Positions 42,158 to 45,188 of a stretch of DNA of 45,188 bases are shown in pieces. The DNA comes from Bacteroidales bacterium. GTDB taxonomy: Bacteria; Bacteroidota; Bacteroidia; Bacteroidales; ML635J-15. Under the pieces are notes generated by a model. That model searched no databases and had not been told where the DNA came from. It saw only the letters and a program-made list of their open reading frames with translations. The stretch's first letter is position 1. Each line of letters begins with the position of its first letter. The stretch spans positions 1-45,188 of the forward strand of contig JBNGDT010000003.1 in the NCBI GenBank assembly GCA_049975305.1, written 5' to 3'. The translations under genes and the position numbers were made by a program.

Positions 42158-42184
42158 TGTTTATCCAGAAAGTACATATAATTA

Positions 42185-42294
42185 GAAGTCGGGAGTCCGA
42201 AGTCCGAAGACGGAAGTCCGAAGATATCACATTAATTAATTTTCACTTTAAAAATGTATGCTTTACTTCCGACTCCGGTCTTCGGTCTTCAGAC
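42185..42294. repeat. Imperfect inverted repeat built from GAAG-NNN heptamers flanking an AT-rich centre
   Basis: The left arm (42185-42223) is GAAG-TCGGGAG-TCC-GAAG-TCC-GAAG-ACG-GAAG-TCC-GAAG. The reverse complement of the right arm (42266-42294) matches a 29-nt stretch of it at 24/29 positions. It lies in the arcC-argF spacer. Confidence 0.75.
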
Positions 42295-42380
42295 TAATTA
42301 GTTACCATTATTCAATTATAAATAAATGTTCGACTTTATGGACAAACATTAAATAATATTAACACTAAAACATAATAGTT

Positions 42381-43382
42381 ATGGCTTATAACCTTAGAAA
42401 CAGAAGTTTTTTAAAATTACTGGACTTCAGTCCGAAAGAAATAAACTTTTTGCTTGACCTCTCTGATGACCTAAAAAAAGCAAAATACACCGGGACTGAA
42501 AAACAATTGCTGAAAGGCAAAAATATAGTATTGCTGTTTGCCAAAGATTCTACCCGCACACGTTGTGCTTTTGAAGTAGCTGCTATGGACCAGGGCGCCG
42601 GGGTTACTTATCTTGGCCCTGCCGGCTCTCAAATGGGTAAAAAAGAATCCATGGCCGACACAGCACGTGTGCTTGGCCGCATGTATGATGGTATAGAATA
42701 CCGTGGTTTCGGTCAGGAAATTGTTGAAACGCTTGCCGAGTATGCCAATGTACCGGTATGGAACGGCCTGACAAATGAATTTCACCCCACACAGGTTCTG
42801 GCCGATTTCATGACTATGAAAGAAAACATTGACAAACCATTGAACAAAGTGTCTTTTGCTTACCTTGGTGATGCCCGCAACAACATGGGAAATTCATTGC
42901 TCGTAGGTGCTGCCAAGATGGGTATGGATTTCAGGGCAGTAGCTCCAAAATCCTGCCATCCTTCAAAAGAACTGGTAGCTCAGTGCCAGGAAATAGCCAA
43001 AGAAACCGGCGCCAAAATTACCCTTACCGAAGATGTTGATAAAGGCGTGAAAGGTGTGGATTTCCTTTACACTGACGTGTGGGTATCCATGGGTGAAGCC
43101 GATGATGTATGGAAAAAACGCATCGCTGAAATGAAACCCTACCAGGTCAACATGGCGATGATCAAAAAAACCGGCAATCCACATGTGAAATTCATGCATT
43201 GCCTGCCCGCTTTCCACGATGAAAACACTACCGTTGGCAAAGAAATCGCTGAAAAATTCGGCATTGGTGAAATGGAAGTAACCAACGAAGTGTTTGAATC
43301 TGAGTACTCCATCGTGTTTGATGAAGCCGAAAACAGGCTGCACACCATCAAAGCTGTGATGATTGCTACCCTCGGGAAATAA
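42381..43382 (+). CDS. argF: Ornithine carbamoyltransferase (canonical ArgF/ArgI/ArcB type)
   Basis: STRTRCAFE, ..[32 protein letters not shown].., ..DVWVSMGE.., ..HCLPAFH... Colinear and very similar along its length to E. coli ArgI as I recall it. Confidence 0.93.
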   Translation: MAYNLRNRSFLKLLDFSPKEINFLLDLSDDLKKAKYTGTEKQLLKGKNIVLLFAKDSTRTRCAFEVAAMDQGAGVTYLGPAGSQMGKKESMADTARVLGRMYDGIEYRGFGQEIVETLAEYANVPVWNGLTNEFHPTQVLADFMTMKENIDKPLNKVSFAYLGDARNNMGNSLLVGAAKMGMDFRAVAPKSCHPSKELVAQCQEIAKETGAKITLTEDVDKGVKGVDFLYTDVWVSMGEADDVWKKRIAEMKPYQVNMAMIKKTGNPHVKFMHCLPAFHDENTTVGKEIAEKFGIGEMEVTNEVFESEYSIVFDEAENRLHTIKAVMIATLGK

Positions 43383-43405
43383 TAACATGGTAATATATGT
43401 AATTC

Positions 43406-43441
43406 AAGCCGTTCTTAATACTGACTGAGGGCGGCTTTTTT
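43406..43441 (+). terminator. Weak terminator candidate after argF
   Basis: AAGCCG..(20-nt loop)..CGGCTT followed by TTTTT. The stem is short and the loop large, so confidence is low. Confidence 0.3.
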
Positions 43442-43615
43442 GGGCGGCACCCCCGAATGGAAAATTCGGGTGTCGGTCTGCGGCCTGTAGCCGTGCATTG
43501 CTCAGCGTGTGCTGTTATGCTGTGCACAGGAGCTTCTCCCGTCGCTCTGTCCACAGCACAGCACATCAGCTTCGCAGCACACGGGCTGCCGGCCTACGCC
43601 CTGCCGCAGGAGGGA
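43442..43615. other. GC-rich non-coding segment with nested self-complementarity (structured RNA candidate, or a fragment of foreign DNA)
   Basis: Clearly more GC-rich than the flanks. It contains a hairpin, ACCCCCGAAT(43450-59)/ATTCGGGTGT(43464-73). It also contains nested pairs: CTGCGGC(43478-84)/GCCGCAG(43603-09), GTGTGCTG(43507-14)/CAGCACAC(43575-82), GCTGTGCACAG(43519-29)/CTGTCCACAGC(43547-57). Confidence 0.3.
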
Positions 43616-43825
43616 CCTTATAGTAAATCACCACTATCTGTACAATCAACAAAGCCCTGTACCCTTGTTCTTTACCTGTTTTGCCAAACTGGTTTATGTT
43701 ATCCGTTAATTTTACTTTATTTGGGTCTGCTGAAAAACACTAAACACAAAATTGTCAAGTATTTATATCAGAAGTTGCCAATATAAATGCATGGTTTTTG
43801 TGTTGAATTCTAAAAAAAGCGTGCA

Positions 43826-43988
43826 TATATGAGTCCACTCCAAAAAGTCAAAAAAATAAAAAATGCCACGAAGTCACCAAGACACCAAGAGTCACAAAAG
43901 GCTGATTTATAATGTTTTAAGATTTGTGATGCTTTGTGTCTTAGTGTCTTAGTGGCAAGGCAATAACTTTTTGGAGTGGACTCATATA
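43826..43988. repeat. 163-bp long palindrome (MITE-like or large hairpin element)
   Basis: The outer arms TATATGAGTCCACTCCAAAAAGT (43826-48) and 43966-88 are exact reverse complements (23/23). The inner arms 43865-98 and 43923-56 match 28/34 and are built from CAC(C/G)AAG(A/T)-type octamers. Confidence 0.85.
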
Positions 43989-44089
43989 CTAATAGCTAAA
44001 TTGAGCTATACCTTCATTTTTTATAATTTTTTTAGCTAAACGTTACAATCAATTTAGTTGTCCAAAAAACGGGTATTGTGTTTGTTAGC

Positions 44090-44176
44090 CTGAGGCACAC
44101 CATATTCTTCGTTGCCTGCGAATCGAAGTATGCTAATACGTCTTCTTCTTGTCGCCTTGAATATGGTGCACCTCAG
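44090..44176. repeat. 87-nt imperfect hairpin abutting the right 15-bp inverted repeat
   Basis: CTGAGGCACACCATATTC (44090-107) versus GAATATGGTGCACCTCAG (44159-76) gives 16/18 complementary positions. The interior has further partial pairing (GAAGTAT..ATACGTCTTC). Confidence 0.65.
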
Positions 44177-44296
44177 ACTTTTTCAGCAGACCCTATATTT
44201 GATGAGGAATTAACATATAATGTGAAGAGCCGTTGAAAGAAGAGGAACGATTAAATGTGGTGATTCCAGAGAATCTGGCCAAAATAGAACTGAACG

Positions 44297-45136
44297 ATGA
44301 AAAGTAATAGCAACAAAATATCAGTAAAAGGGGTTGAGGTTTCATTTCTTCAAACCAAACAGGAAGATTATATCTGCATTACCGATGTTGCTAAGTTTAA
44401 AAACCCCAATGCCCCTGCCGACATTATAAAAAACTGGTTACGCAGCAAAAACACCATTGAACTACTTGGACTTTGGGAAAAATTGCACAATCCCGATTTT
44501 AAACTGGTCGAATTCGACCAGTTTAGAAATGAAGCGGGGTACAATCATTTTGTGCTTTCGCCTCAAAAATGGATAGAAACCACCAATGCCATTGGTTTGC
44601 AGTCTAAATCGGGTCGTTATGGTGGCACTTTTGCCCATGTTGACATAGCCTTGGAGTTTGCCTCATGGGTTTCGGTTGAATTTAAATTCTACCTGATTAA
44701 AGAGTTTCAATACCTCAAAAGCCAGCAGGCAAAAGAACTAGATTGGAATATTAAACGAAAGCTCACAAAAATAAATTACCGCATACACACTGATGCCACA
44801 AAGGGAAATCTGCTTCCGGAGTATCTTACACCACAGCAGATAAATTATGTGTATGCCAACGAAGCCGATGTGCTTAACATGGCACTTTTCGGTAAAACTG
44901 CCAAACAGTGGCGTGACGAGAACCCCGATGAAAAAGGAAATATCCGCGACTATGCAAACGTATCACAATTGGTTTGCCTGGCAAACCTCGAAAATCTCAA
45001 TGCTGTTTTTATTGGCGAAGGCATCCCCCAGCACGAACGACTTAAAAAGCTGAACCAGATTGCCATAGGGCAAATGCGGATACTTTTGCAAAACAATGCA
45101 GGGAACATTCTAAAACAAGGAGGTAAGGATAAATAA
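44297..45136 (+). CDS. KilA-N domain-containing protein
   Basis: The N-terminus ..ISVKGVEVSFLQTKQEDYICITDVAKFKN..IIKNWLRSKNTIELLGLWE..NP.F...EF..F..EAG.N.F.LS...W......GL.SKSGRYGGTFAHVDIALEFASWVS.EFK.YLI.EF matches the KilA-N DNA-binding family, which is widespread in Bacteroidota accessory regions. Confidence 0.8.
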   Translation: MKSNSNKISVKGVEVSFLQTKQEDYICITDVAKFKNPNAPADIIKNWLRSKNTIELLGLWEKLHNPDFKLVEFDQFRNEAGYNHFVLSPQKWIETTNAIGLQSKSGRYGGTFAHVDIALEFASWVSVEFKFYLIKEFQYLKSQQAKELDWNIKRKLTKINYRIHTDATKGNLLPEYLTPQQINYVYANEADVLNMALFGKTAKQWRDENPDEKGNIRDYANVSQLVCLANLENLNAVFIGEGIPQHERLKKLNQIAIGQMRILLQNNAGNILKQGGKDK

Positions 45137-45188
45137 GTGTTTAGTTTCATCACGTTGTTGTGTTTAAAGGTTTAGCTTTCCCGCCCTC

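Larger units (their letters stand above)
43723..44193. repeat. Perfect 15-bp inverted-repeat pair bracketing a 441-bp non-coding segment
   Basis: GGGTCTGCTGAAAAA at 43723-43737 and its exact reverse complement TTTTTCAGCAGACCC at 44179-44193. Confidence 0.8.

Noticed and set aside
42185-42294. Possibility that the short GAAG-containing tandem units are a CRISPR array or a coding repeat.
   Set aside because: The units are 7 nt with no spacers. The two blocks are inverted rather than direct, and there are no cas genes, so this is not CRISPR. No ORF spans the region.
43366-43786. ORFs 43366..43566 (-), 43457..43786 (+) and 43509..43709 (+) across the GC-rich island.
   Set aside because: They are mutually overlapping on both strands and biased toward Ala/Cys/Pro/Arg/His, with no recognisable motif. 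They are most simply by-products of local GC richness. The region is treated as non-coding.
43738-44178. Searched both strands of the inverted-repeat-bracketed segment for a TAnnTTTG/TTTG Bacteroidota promoter, which would support an invertible promoter switch.
   Set aside because: I found no exact -7 box on either strand by eye. The inverton idea is therefore kept only as an alternative hypothesis, not annotated as a promoter.
44247-44311. Short frame upstream of, and running into, the KilA-N gene reading ..LKEEERLNVVIPENLAKIELNDEK*, which is vaguely like the first strand of a ribbon-helix-helix antitoxin.
   Set aside because: It is only about 25 codons between stops with no ATG, far too short for a folded RHH domain. 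At best it is a gene remnant, and I cannot support it.

Overview
This is an AT-rich chromosomal segment that looks like Bacteroidota. The evidence is a T9SS C-terminal sorting domain, TAnnTTTG-type -7 boxes, a DUF3467 gene after rpoC, and the order tRNA-Thr/Tyr/Gly/Thr-tuf-tRNA-Trp-secE-nusG-rplKAJL-rpoBC. About 80% of the window is ordinary, tightly packed housekeeping: proS, trx, a CCA-type nucleotidyltransferase, the tuf/ribosomal/rpoBC cluster, asnB, pdxJ, nadK, uppS-bamA-skp-skp-murI, an aminotransferase and sixA. I see no obvious multi-gene novel system. Six things deserve a second look. (1) At the left edge, a lipoprotein with extreme Tyr/Trp/Asp and Ser/Gly/Arg low complexity sits directly upstream of a FadL-like beta-barrel gene. 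(2) A 1083-aa T9SS-sorted S8 protease is fused to PKD, Asp-box propeller and Ig-like modules. (3) A roughly 143-codon reading frame is wedged between the CBS gene and nadK, starting at a TAATG overlap and ending 4 nt before nadK. It is broken by a single in-frame TAG. (4) Two secreted proteins of unknown function lie at 38.8-41.0 kb. (5) An arcC/argF catabolic pair is split by a heptamer-repeat hairpin. (6) Most unusual is the 914-bp non-coding stretch from 43383 to 44296. It holds a GC-rich segment with nested complementarity, a 163-bp palindrome, an 87-nt hairpin, and a perfect 15-bp inverted-repeat pair bracketing the last two. It lies just upstream of a KilA-N gene at the window edge. All protein calls come from motif and family recognition by eye; no database search was run.
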